A stretch of 64,000 nucleotides of DNA from a virus. The number at the start of each line of letters is the position of its first letter. Positions within the stretch are counted from its first letter, which is position 1. The stretch covers positions 1-64,000 of the IMG/VR virus record IMGVR_UViG_3300020446_000004. One strand, written 5' to 3'. This document shows, piece by piece, positions 18,301 to 27,600 of this stretch. The position numbers and the translations under genes were made by a program. The notes beneath the pieces are model-generated. The model had not been told where the DNA came from and did no database searches. It saw only the letters and a program-made list of their open reading frames with translations.

Positions 18301-19883
18301 ATCCAACATCAGTAAAGTTTAACACTAACGGAAGAAAAATGTTTGTTACTGGCGTAGGTAACAGCAATGTACATGAGTATGCATTGACATCTGGATTTGA
18401 TGTATCAACTGCAAGTTTTACACAAACACTAGTTACAAACACAAGAGATAATGACAATTTTGGACTTGATTTTAGCAGTGATGGTACTAAAATGTATATT
18501 ACAGGAAATCAAAATGACAAAATATACGAATACAATTTATCTACTGCATTTGATATTTCAACTGCAACATTTAACCAAGACCTAAATGTAAATTCAATAG
18601 ATGATGAACCATTTGGAATAGAATTCAGCCCTGACGGGGACAGATTATTTATTGTTGGCACTAAAGGAAACGGTGTTGACGAATATAGATTACAAACTGC
18701 ATTTAATATTGCAACTGCTACCCATATAGGATTTGTACATACAGGCGGAAATCCTTCAGGAATACACATTAGTCCAGACGGAACAAAAATGTTTATTGTA
18801 GGAAATTCAACTGATCAAGTTAAGGAATATTCATTGAGTGTTCCGTATAGTATCGCAACTGCTGGTACAGGGTTAGTACTTTTTGAAGACGATGTAAATA
18901 TTACAAATAATTTGCAGGTAGCAAATATTACTGCAAATAATATTGTTACAAATCAAAATTTTTCATCACAGGCTTATGCTACGAATGATATTTTAATTGA
19001 AAATAACTTTATAACTACTACAAATTCTAATTCAAATTTAGAATTGAGAGGTACAGGTACAGGACACGTTAACTTTGAAAACATAGGAGTTATAGATGAA
19101 ACTATAACAACTAGACACGGAGATAGTTCATTACCTAATTTAGTTTTAACTACAGATGCAAACTTTATAATATCTAGCACAGGATCGATACAATTACCTA
19201 AAGGCACTACTGCTGAAAGGACAGCAACAGCTGGTAGTTTAAGATTTAACAGCGAAGTGAATGCCTTTGAAGGCTACGCAACTGATAATCTTTTCTTGGG
19301 TGGTATTTTTTCCGCAGACGGACAAACAAGTGTTACAGCTGACGAAACTGCTAACAATATTTTACTTACAGTGAATAGTGCAATAGGAGCAATAGATAGC
19401 TCAAAAATTGTAGGCGAAATAAATGGTGATGGAATTAATTTACATAGATTAGATGTAGATGACATATACATAGATAGTAGTACAATTAGGACTAGTGTTT
19501 CTAACAGCAATTTAGAATTAGAAAGAGATGGCTCTGGAAAAGCTGTATTTGGAGATATTAAAATAAGTTCAAATACCATATTAAATGACAGCAACGGTAA
19601 AGCATCATTTGCAGGCACTAGTGGAATATCAGGAACAGGCGGTCCAACAGGACTTGGTTCTTGGCATAAATTTACAGGTGGTACAGGTATTGTAGTTCCT
19701 CATGGCACTAACAGCAATAGAGGAACTTTAGGACAAGTAGCTGAAATAAGATGGAATACAGAGGAATCAATACTAGAAGTGTATGACGGAGCAGAATGGA
19801 TTTCAGCGGCTGGAGACACTGCGGGTGTAGATGAAGCATTTATGACAAACTCAGCACAACTTTTTGCTCTATTATTAGGGTAA
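15396..19883 (+). CDS. Large tail fibre/spike protein with beta-helix region and beta-propeller insert
   Basis: 1495 aa, paralog of 20030 (MAVGRISGPLL). Repeated I.DN.ITT..SNS.LELR..GTG units, YVA..G.D...G..P..T...AL beta-helix start, and five G..F..DG.KMFIVG repeats. Confidence 0.8.
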   Translation: MAVGRISGPLLQNNLERNGIDLTFADTNPNSPLLKLDVTNNKVMVAGTTSTADLHVHGTLNGVILGITSSFDTGDLDFSGNTITALTGPINLDAPEAIVLSGLATDNIQINDNIISSPNSNSNIDLLPNGTGSVEIFNGLEVFGNLHSNSNITADGNITIGNDNNDNIVLNADIATDLIPDQNNTFNIGADGKKWNNLEIETVEAANVFAQGVTVGTTSFHIPQGNIFYVAKGGNDSNVGDNMYGPLLTVKQALARADASVQGPVTIFIYPGEYEEIFPLEVPTNVTVAGLDLRNTIIKPTSATNTNNCFLMNGETTIQNLTIKDFYSPGHAFSFANNTTVTTRSPYIKNVTVITKGSVTSVSDPRGFDAGDAGKGALVDGANVTSTSEEASMLFHSVTFITPGVDALTMTNGVRVEWLNSFTYFANRGLYATNGSTGHLSSDGSTTIFGAELRSIGSANVYGNFGAVGDGSGVLFYLIQHNMAYIGVGKNVTNDSSLVIQSQEISKSNSANIYYQTVDHRGNYRVGDQFLVNQDTGETTIVITEGQVDSLNGLNITTNNSTTIINGQEIVVGQLLLKENTISSSAGRIDLNSASGQINFLDNTNVTGNVSMTGNFTIGGSAIGFGNQPGDTINFNTPFSQNLLPDISGLYNLGSITKTWSKAFLSEIQADDINIKDNYITTTESNSDLELRANGAGRIRFDGSTLDIDDQLEVTGVTNFQNNVSGTGTLTHVGNTLQIGDRSTTASVTATQNLRSGGDLVLVGNVLDPGFFYDKTYTLTANGITYTYGPTGGPGTPTDSYEGNHYSGIAALNVPGLVYGVAPPQPGGGPVPVQIIYTPQAPGDQLILANTNGWVHVGLMAGTYPVNAGGSADFKDILIDENFITTKAGNQDLDLRAHNTSITTTLGPSFSVNSQEANPRGITFNNFGTKMFIVGTSGDDVNEYTLSVGFDLTSTVTFIDSFSVTQCPNPTSVKFNTNGRKMFVTGVGNSNVHEYALTSGFDVSTASFTQTLVTNTRDNDNFGLDFSSDGTKMYITGNQNDKIYEYNLSTAFDISTATFNQDLNVNSIDDEPFGIEFSPDGDRLFIVGTKGNGVDEYRLQTAFNIATATHIGFVHTGGNPSGIHISPDGTKMFIVGNSTDQVKEYSLSVPYSIATAGTGLVLFEDDVNITNNLQVANITANNIVTNQNFSSQAYATNDILIENNFITTTNSNSNLELRGTGTGHVNFENIGVIDETITTRHGDSSLPNLVLTTDANFIISSTGSIQLPKGTTAERTATAGSLRFNSEVNAFEGYATDNLFLGGIFSADGQTSVTADETANNILLTVNSAIGAIDSSKIVGEINGDGINLHRLDVDDIYIDSSTIRTSVSNSNLELERDGSGKAVFGDIKISSNTILNDSNGKASFAGTSGISGTGGPTGLGSWHKFTGGTGIVVPHGTNSNRGTLGQVAEIRWNTEESILEVYDGAEWISAAGDTAGVDEAFMTNSAQLFALLLG

Positions 19884-19907
19884 CTCCTAACATTTTAATA
19901 ATAACGA

Positions 19908-20029
19908 TAAATACTATTAATGCAGTAACAGCGACCATTGTTCTGCAGGTACAAACCGTGGTCAACCAGCGATAGAGGCATAAGTCTAGACAGGTTGGAG
20001 GCACAGGATGCCCATATTGAGGAGAGAAG
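19908..20029 (+). promoter_or_regulatory. Late promoter plus structured leader with possible pseudoknot
   Basis: TAAATA at 19908. TGCAG/CTGCA plus AACA/TGTT hairpin whose loop GACCA(19933-37) is complementary to TGGTC(19959-63). Also CAACC/GGTTG and GGCA/TGCC helices. Confidence 0.45.
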
Positions 20030-23000
20030 ATGGCTGTAGGTCGCATATCCGGTCCGCTCTTGAAGTCAAATCTTTTGCGTAACGGCATAGATCTGGCATT
20101 TGAGACAGACCTGCTATATTTAGATGTTAATAACCAGCGTGTCGGTATTAAGAACGCAAATCCTCAATATGAGTTAGACGTTAACGGAACAATTAGAGCA
20201 ACAAATTTAATTGCTGATAACAGCATCCAAATCGATAGTATAGCTGTAAATGGTAATACAATAAGTGCAACAACACCTACATTAAATTTAGGTACGTTAG
20301 ATAATGTAGTATATCAAAATAAAGCAAGAATAGATTCTATTGACATTGAAGGCAATGTAATTAGTACTAATGATTCTAATGCAAATTTAGAATTTAGACC
20401 AAACGGTACCGGTACTGTTGATGTTCATTCTAATATGAATGTTACAGGCAATATACATGCAACAGGTAATATTACAGCAGACGGCGATATTGTTCTTGGT
20501 GATGCTGATACTGATAATATAGTAATCAATGCAGACTTTGCAAGTAATATTATACCAGATCAAAATAATACCTATAATTTAGGTAGTCCAACAAAACAAT
20601 GGAATACTGCCTATGTAAATGATGTAAGAGCAACTACAATTAATACACCAAATCTAGATGTTGGCGGAGTAGATTTAACACTTAGAGCTGGCAATATAAT
20701 TTATGTTGCAGAAAACGGAGATGATACACATACAGGAACACATCCTCAAGATCCGGTTGCATCTATAACGCAAGGTTTAAGTTTAGCAACATCAGGAGAT
20801 ACAGTTATGGTATTTCCAGGTGCTTATACAGAAGTATTTCCTTTAACAATTCCAGTAGGTGTAACACTTAAAGGGCATGGTATTAGAACTGTTACCATAC
20901 AACCTACAACAGCAACACGCTATAATGACGCTGTGCTATTAAACGGTGAAACTACAGTTGAAGATTTGACACTAACAGGTTTTTATAGTGGCGGTAACTT
21001 TTTTACAACAATAAGTTCAGGGACAGGTACTTTTGTAGTTAATATAGGAACTACAGACCAAGCTCACACTTACGTAAGTGGAGGCTCTGTTACTATTGGT
21101 GGAACAAGCTATAATGTGCTAGGAGCAACATATACTCATGGAACAGGAGAATTAACAGTTAATCATGGTGGAGGAGTAGATGCAGGCACAGGCGCAGATG
21201 TATTTGTGTCAGGATTACTTTTCAGTTGTAGCAGTGGAAACAAAACATATCCTAATAACGGTTATTCGTTTCGTTTTGCAACAGACTTTGAAGTAACAAC
21301 TCGTTCTCCGTACATAAAAAATGTCACAGTAATTACACAAGGTAGCACAACAACAGTGGAAGATCCTAGAGGATTCAATGCCGGAGATGCTGGTAAAGGC
21401 CCTTATGTAGATGGTTCATATGCAACTACAAATTCCAAAGAAGCAAGTATGCTTTTCCATAGTGCAACATTTATTACACCAGGCGTTGATGCTCTTACTG
21501 CGACAAATGGTGCTAGAATTGAATGGTTAAATTCATTTACGTATTTTGCAAATAGATCTTTGTATGCTTATGACAGCAATGACGGAATCAAACGTAACGG
21601 TAAAACAAGAATTAGATTAGGCGGAGTATCGGGTACATTTGCCGCAGGAAATACTATTACATTTACCTCAACAGACAATTCTACAGTAGTAAATGTTACA
21701 GCAGAAAGTGTAGACGGCAATATTATTACTGTTGATGGAAGAAATATTAATCTTGTAGGATTTGATACAACGCCGGCTAGTATATCTAATGGAGCAGGTG
21801 CAACAGCTACATCAATTGAAAATTTAGATTTACAAGACTTTGGCGCAGAAATAAGAATGATAGGTTCTGCAAGTGTTTATGGTAATCAAGGACTTGTTGG
21901 GGATGGTGCAGGAGTAATTGTATATGCTATTGGACAAAATTTAGCATACATAGGCAATGGTAAAGAAGTTACAAACGATCCAGGAACTGTAGACCAAGCA
22001 GACGAAGTTATAGAATTAAATGATGCAAAGGTAAGATATAATTCTGTAGATCACAAAGGTGATTTTAGAGTTGGTGATTTATTTAGAGTAAATCAGGCAG
22101 ATGGCACTGTAAACTTTGTTGCAAGTGCATTAAATTTAGACTTGACATCTGGTGCCACTTTTACAACAAACGGACAAAATACTTTTATCAACGGCGAAAG
22201 AATTGACACTGGAAACTTAAGACTTACAGGTAACACAATTTCAAGTACAGCAGGAGCAATTAATTTAGATAGTGCAAGTGGTGTAATAAACTTACTAGAC
22301 AATGTTGCCGTTACAGGAAATTTAGATGTATCAGGAGATGTTTCTATTGGAGGAAATGTAACACTAGGTGATGAAACTACTGACAGTATTGCTATTGTTG
22401 CAGGAATAAACAGTAATCTTATACCAGATGTTACTAGCACATTTAGTCTTGGTACAAATACAAACACTTGGGCAAAATTATTTGTATCTGAAATATTAGC
22501 TGACGATATAGAAATTAACACAAACTATATAACAACAACTACTTCTAATAGTGATTTAGAATTACGTGCTAATGGCACTGGTAAAATTGTTATCCCAAAC
22601 AACAACGTTTTAATTAATAACACTCTTACAGTTGGTAGCACAAGCACTCTTGCTACAACAAATATCACAGGTCAATTTACTCATAATGGCAATTATTCAC
22701 AAACAGGCAATTCAACAATCGTAGGTGATTTGACTGTAAGCCAAGATTTAGATATAGGCGGTGTTGCACAATTTGAAGAAATCAAAATAGAAGATAATAT
22801 TATTACAACTACTACTTCTAATAACAATTTAGAGTTACGTGCCCACGGTACAGGAAAAGTTATTATACCTAATAATAATGTGCAGGTTACTGGAAATTTA
22901 ACAGTTGATGGAACATTCAATGTAAGTGATATTACTAGTACAGGAGATATTACTGCAAATAGTTTTAGCACAGGTGATATCCGTATAGATGACAATTTTA

Positions 23001-23824
23001 TAGAAACAACGAATTCTAACAGTGATTTAGAACTAAGAGCGGCTGGTACAGGAGCAATACTTGTTGAAGGATTTACATTCCAACAGAATGATATATCAAC
23101 CACAGGAGACATGACACTTTCTCCTGGCAGTGAAAATGTAATTTTATCAAGCACAGGTGCTGTAAAACTTCCTACAGGCACAACTGCTCAAAGACCCACT
23201 GCTGTGTCAGGACAACTTAGATACAATAGTGAATTGAACAGATTTGAAGGATATAATGGTGCTAATTGGATCAATATTAAAGGCGTGGAAGATCTTGATG
23301 CAAATACTAAAGTGACAGCTGAAAACACAGAAGGCGGTAACGACGATACAATTAGATTTATAGTCAATAATGCTACTATAGTTGATGTAAATGCAACACG
23401 ATTGAACGCCCCAAGAGTAACCGTAGATGATATACAGATTGACGGAAATGTGATAAGTACAATAACAACCAACGCTGACTTACAGTTTACAGCAAATGGC
23501 ACTGGTAGTGTTGTAATTGATAATTTTGCTTTCAAAGATAACACAATTACCAACACAGTAGCAGACGCTGTGACGTTGTTTGAAAAAACAGGTGCAGATG
23601 CATATTGGAAGTTTGATGGCACATATGGCTTAGTTATACCTTCAGGCGACGGAGCAACTAGACCAGTAACGCCAGAATTAGGAATGATGAGATATAATAC
23701 ATTTGACGAAAGAGTTGAAATTTATGACGGAGTCAGTTTTGTTGGTGTGGCAGGTTCAAGTGCTGGTGTCAACGTGCAGGAAGCTGAAGATATAGGAATA
23801 TTACAAGCTCTTATGTTTGGATAA
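20030..23824 (+). CDS. Large tail fibre protein
   Basis: 1264 aa; same repeat units as 15396 and LPTGTTAQRP..GQLRYN motifs. Confidence 0.8.
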   Translation: MAVGRISGPLLKSNLLRNGIDLAFETDLLYLDVNNQRVGIKNANPQYELDVNGTIRATNLIADNSIQIDSIAVNGNTISATTPTLNLGTLDNVVYQNKARIDSIDIEGNVISTNDSNANLEFRPNGTGTVDVHSNMNVTGNIHATGNITADGDIVLGDADTDNIVINADFASNIIPDQNNTYNLGSPTKQWNTAYVNDVRATTINTPNLDVGGVDLTLRAGNIIYVAENGDDTHTGTHPQDPVASITQGLSLATSGDTVMVFPGAYTEVFPLTIPVGVTLKGHGIRTVTIQPTTATRYNDAVLLNGETTVEDLTLTGFYSGGNFFTTISSGTGTFVVNIGTTDQAHTYVSGGSVTIGGTSYNVLGATYTHGTGELTVNHGGGVDAGTGADVFVSGLLFSCSSGNKTYPNNGYSFRFATDFEVTTRSPYIKNVTVITQGSTTTVEDPRGFNAGDAGKGPYVDGSYATTNSKEASMLFHSATFITPGVDALTATNGARIEWLNSFTYFANRSLYAYDSNDGIKRNGKTRIRLGGVSGTFAAGNTITFTSTDNSTVVNVTAESVDGNIITVDGRNINLVGFDTTPASISNGAGATATSIENLDLQDFGAEIRMIGSASVYGNQGLVGDGAGVIVYAIGQNLAYIGNGKEVTNDPGTVDQADEVIELNDAKVRYNSVDHKGDFRVGDLFRVNQADGTVNFVASALNLDLTSGATFTTNGQNTFINGERIDTGNLRLTGNTISSTAGAINLDSASGVINLLDNVAVTGNLDVSGDVSIGGNVTLGDETTDSIAIVAGINSNLIPDVTSTFSLGTNTNTWAKLFVSEILADDIEINTNYITTTTSNSDLELRANGTGKIVIPNNNVLINNTLTVGSTSTLATTNITGQFTHNGNYSQTGNSTIVGDLTVSQDLDIGGVAQFEEIKIEDNIITTTTSNNNLELRAHGTGKVIIPNNNVQVTGNLTVDGTFNVSDITSTGDITANSFSTGDIRIDDNFIETTNSNSDLELRAAGTGAILVEGFTFQQNDISTTGDMTLSPGSENVILSSTGAVKLPTGTTAQRPTAVSGQLRYNSELNRFEGYNGANWINIKGVEDLDANTKVTAENTEGGNDDTIRFIVNNATIVDVNATRLNAPRVTVDDIQIDGNVISTITTNADLQFTANGTGSVVIDNFAFKDNTITNTVADAVTLFEKTGADAYWKFDGTYGLVIPSGDGATRPVTPELGMMRYNTFDERVEIYDGVSFVGVAGSSAGVNVQEAEDIGILQALMFG

Positions 23825-23834
23825 GGAAAATTAG

Positions 23835-24164
23835 ATGGCAACATTTTTTAGAAACACAGTAGTTAAAAATGTAGGGAAAGTACCTGTAAAAGTATTAGAA
23901 ACTACTGCCTCACAGAGAGCAACAGTGTTAGGTATAAGTTTTACAAACCTTACTGATAAATTTGTATATTGTGATGTTGAAATACAAAGTGACGACAGTG
24001 TAAGGGGATTTTATTTGAAAGATTCAGTATTACCTTCAGGCACAAGTTTAAGAGCAGTATCAACTGGAGAAAAATTAATATTAGCACCTAGTAATCAAAT
24101 GTGGGTGAGTTGTAGTTTAAATGACGCTGTAGATGTTATTATAAGCTACGTGGAGATTGTATAA
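23835..24164 (+). CDS. Small virion adaptor-like protein (paralog of 14488 and 39527)
   Basis: 109 aa; ATVLGISFTN...LP.GTSL....GEKLIL...DVIISYVEI. Confidence 0.7.
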   Translation: MATFFRNTVVKNVGKVPVKVLETTASQRATVLGISFTNLTDKFVYCDVEIQSDDSVRGFYLKDSVLPSGTSLRAVSTGEKLILAPSNQMWVSCSLNDAVDVIISYVEIV

Positions 24165-24601
24165 TGAGTTACTATATAGGAACAACGCCGCAAGAAGTAT
24201 CTGCAGGATTTATAAAAAGATATTTTTACGGACTACGCAGAAACGAAGATGGTGAATTATTTTTAGTTGTTTTAGACCAACTAAGAGGCGGCAATCAAAA
24301 TGTTGTAATTGTTAACGACTTAGGTATTGCGGCGGAAAACTACCCGGACTTTGAAGAAGGTATTGACTTTTTAGATGGAATCGATGTTGATCATGAACAA
24401 CTTTATCCAAATTTAAGATATCAACAGTTTAAGTGGGAAAACAGAAGTTTATTATATTACATAGAAGAAGAAACAGGATTTTTTGTACAACGTATTTCAG
24501 AAGCGTATGAATATCCAGATAAAGTAAGTACACCTGGATACGGCGCAGGCGTAGACAACCAAGTATTAACCAAATACAGTTCAGAAACGATAGGATACTA
24601 A
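24164..24601 (+). CDS. Hypothetical tail-module protein
   Basis: 145-aa ORF coupled by TAATG overlap; YFYGLRR..DGELF motif. Confidence 0.7.
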   Translation: MSYYIGTTPQEVSAGFIKRYFYGLRRNEDGELFLVVLDQLRGGNQNVVIVNDLGIAAENYPDFEEGIDFLDGIDVDHEQLYPNLRYQQFKWENRSLLYYIEEETGFFVQRISEAYEYPDKVSTPGYGAGVDNQVLTKYSSETIGY

Positions 24602-24602
24602 A

Positions 24603-27600
24603 ATGGCAGAATTTAAACTAGATAGATTTAGATATACGTGGCGAGGTGAGTGGCAAGAAAGTACTGTCTATAAAAAAGATGATATCGTTTACAATGGTGG
24701 TAAAAGTTATGTATGTGTAACTGCACACACAAGTTCATCTAATTTTGCGAACGAATCTGCTAGAATTTTACCTGGTTCAAATCCGCCACAACCTGATCCA
24801 TATTGGATAGTAATGGTAAGCGGTAAAACATTCAGCGGAGTTTATACACAAGGACAAGATTATGCACCTGGAGAACTTGTATTTTATCAAGGTACGTTAC
24901 ATCTATGTACTATTCCTCATACTGCAACAAGTTTTGGAGAACAAAGTACTTATTGGGAAGATTTTATAGATGGCATAGATTATGTAGGAGATTGGGTAAG
25001 CGGACTTGATTACGGTGAAGGCGCCCTTGTAAAATACGGCGGTAATGTTTATAGATGTGTAAAAGCTCATAGTGCTGGAGCAACATTAGAGGAAAACGTA
25101 AGCACTAATAAAAACATTAACTGTTGGGATATGTTCCATCCTGGAATCGAATGGAAAGGAGCATGGGCAACTTCGACATTATATGAAAAGAATGACATTG
25201 TAAGTTTTGGTGGAGCAATATATGAATGTATAACCACACATACATCAGCCGGTACACAAATAAGTGCAACTGATTTTCAGATTAGGTTCACAGGAACAAA
25301 ATTTAATAATGAGTGGGATAGTAACACTGTTTACTCTATCGGAGATATTGTTAGGTACGGAGGATTTTTATACAGTGCTGTAAACACAAATCAAGATAGT
25401 CAGCCATCAGTAGTTACAACATTAAACGCAAACGGAGATGTAATAAAAGAAGCAGTAGGCGGTGACTCTACGAAGCATTGGATAATACTTGCAAAAACAA
25501 ATGATTTTGTAGGAGATTGGTCACTAAGCGGAAAATATCAAACTGGAGACGTAGTACAGCGTGGTGGATTTTTATATGAAGCAGTACGTGATATAAATTT
25601 ACAAGACGGAGATGATAGTTCTGCAACAGATTTAGATCCTGAAGTTTGGTTATTACTAGCAAAAGGACAAAGATGGAAAGCACAATGGACACCAAATACT
25701 TTATACTCTCAAGGAGATACAGTTTATTACCTAGGTAGTGCTTACACTTGTACAAACGAGCATACTTCTAGTTATCCTACGGCTCCTGGAGATTTTGCTG
25801 TAGATTTATATGATTATTGGGACCTTAATGTCCAATCTGGAAGACCTGCCGCACTAACAGAAAAAGGTGACTTACTTACCTATGATTATTGGAGGTTTGA
25901 TAATTATGAAGATGATAGTACATTAGGTGATGGAAGATTAGGCATTGGTGAACAAAATCAGATACTTAGTGTAACTGCTGAACAAGAGATTTTTTGGAGA
26001 AATAGAGATTACGAAAATCAGCTTGTGTTTGTAGCTACAAATGGAAAAGATCAAGAAGGATATGGTCGTGAATGGGAAACACCTTTTCGTACTATTAGAC
26101 ATGCATGTGAATGGATAGAAGATAATTTTAATCCATTAGTTCCTACAAAAGTTGCAGTAGCCGCAGGAGATTTTTACGAAATAGGACCAATTAGTATACC
26201 AGCTGGATGTGTTGTAATGGGCGATGAATTAAGAGCAACAACAATACATGCAACAGGTCCAATACCTGCATATCAAAATGATTATACTTTTCATACAGCT
26301 ATATTACAAAGGTTTATTTCATTATCTCAAAACCTTGTGCAAAATATACCTGTAGTTATTAGTACAGGAAATACTACTGAACAGATTAGGAGTTTGCCTG
26401 CAGGTTCAAATGATGCTTTTGTTTTTATGAATTCACAATTCTTAATATACAAAGATAGAATACAATACTTAATTGCCAGTGGTGACACAAATCCTACTAT
26501 GTCAGGAACAAATACAAAAACAACAGATACAGGTTTAATTAATTCTGTAGCAATTATAAATGCTAACAAAGAATTTATTGTTCAAGATTGTTTTGCATAC
26601 ATAAAAAATGTATTTCCTGAATTTACAGGTGACTTAGTTCGTATTAGAAACGACATACAAAGTTTTATAAGAGCAATGACAAGAGATTTAGAATTTCCTG
26701 GTACATACGGAACTTTAAAAGCCGCAGATAGATATGCAAGGGCTGTTTTAGGTTCAGGAACTACAGATATGTTTTACTGTAGAGATACAACAGGTTTACG
26801 TAATTGTACAATAGAAGGACTTACAGGTGGACTTAATCCGCCAGGCGTGTATGATATATATCAAAGACCAACAGGTGGTGCATGTGTAAGTTTAGATCCT
26901 GGTTGGGGACCAGCAGATGAACGTATGTGGATTATGAAAAGATCTCCATATATTCAAGGTGTGACAAACATAGGCGAGCGTTGTTTCGGTAAGGTTGTAA
27001 ACGGTGCGTTACATAACGGCGGTAATAAGTCAATGACTTCAAACGATTTTACACAAGTTTTGAGTGATGGAATTGGCGCACATATCTTAAACAATGCAAG
27101 AGCTGAACTTGTGTCAGTGTTTACATATTATTGTGCTGTTGGATATCTAGCAGAAAGCGGAGGTATTATACGTGCCACCAACGGAAACAATTCATACGGT
27201 AGCTTTGGTTCTGTCTCAGACGGAAACGATCCAACAGAAACACCAGATGCAGTCACAGTAAACAACAGAGTAAACGAAGCTCTCGTTGATTCAGCATTCG
27301 CTGGTGGTTCATCTGATGAACTATTTTTATTCCAGTACGAAAATGCAGGTGAACAATATACAACTGCTGATGCTACAATAGTTGGTGCAGGAGATGATGC
27401 AAATATAGAATATACTGACTTCAGAGATGGAGGAGTTTTTGAACCTAGACTAATCAATACAAAAGGGTCAGGAACTGAAGGAGGTAGCGGATTTAAAGTA
27501 GAAGCAAATAGTGCCCAAATAACTGTAGATGCCGCAAGCACTATAAGATTAAACGCAAATACGCCTACACAATTTTTAAGTGATATAAACGGTATGAGAA

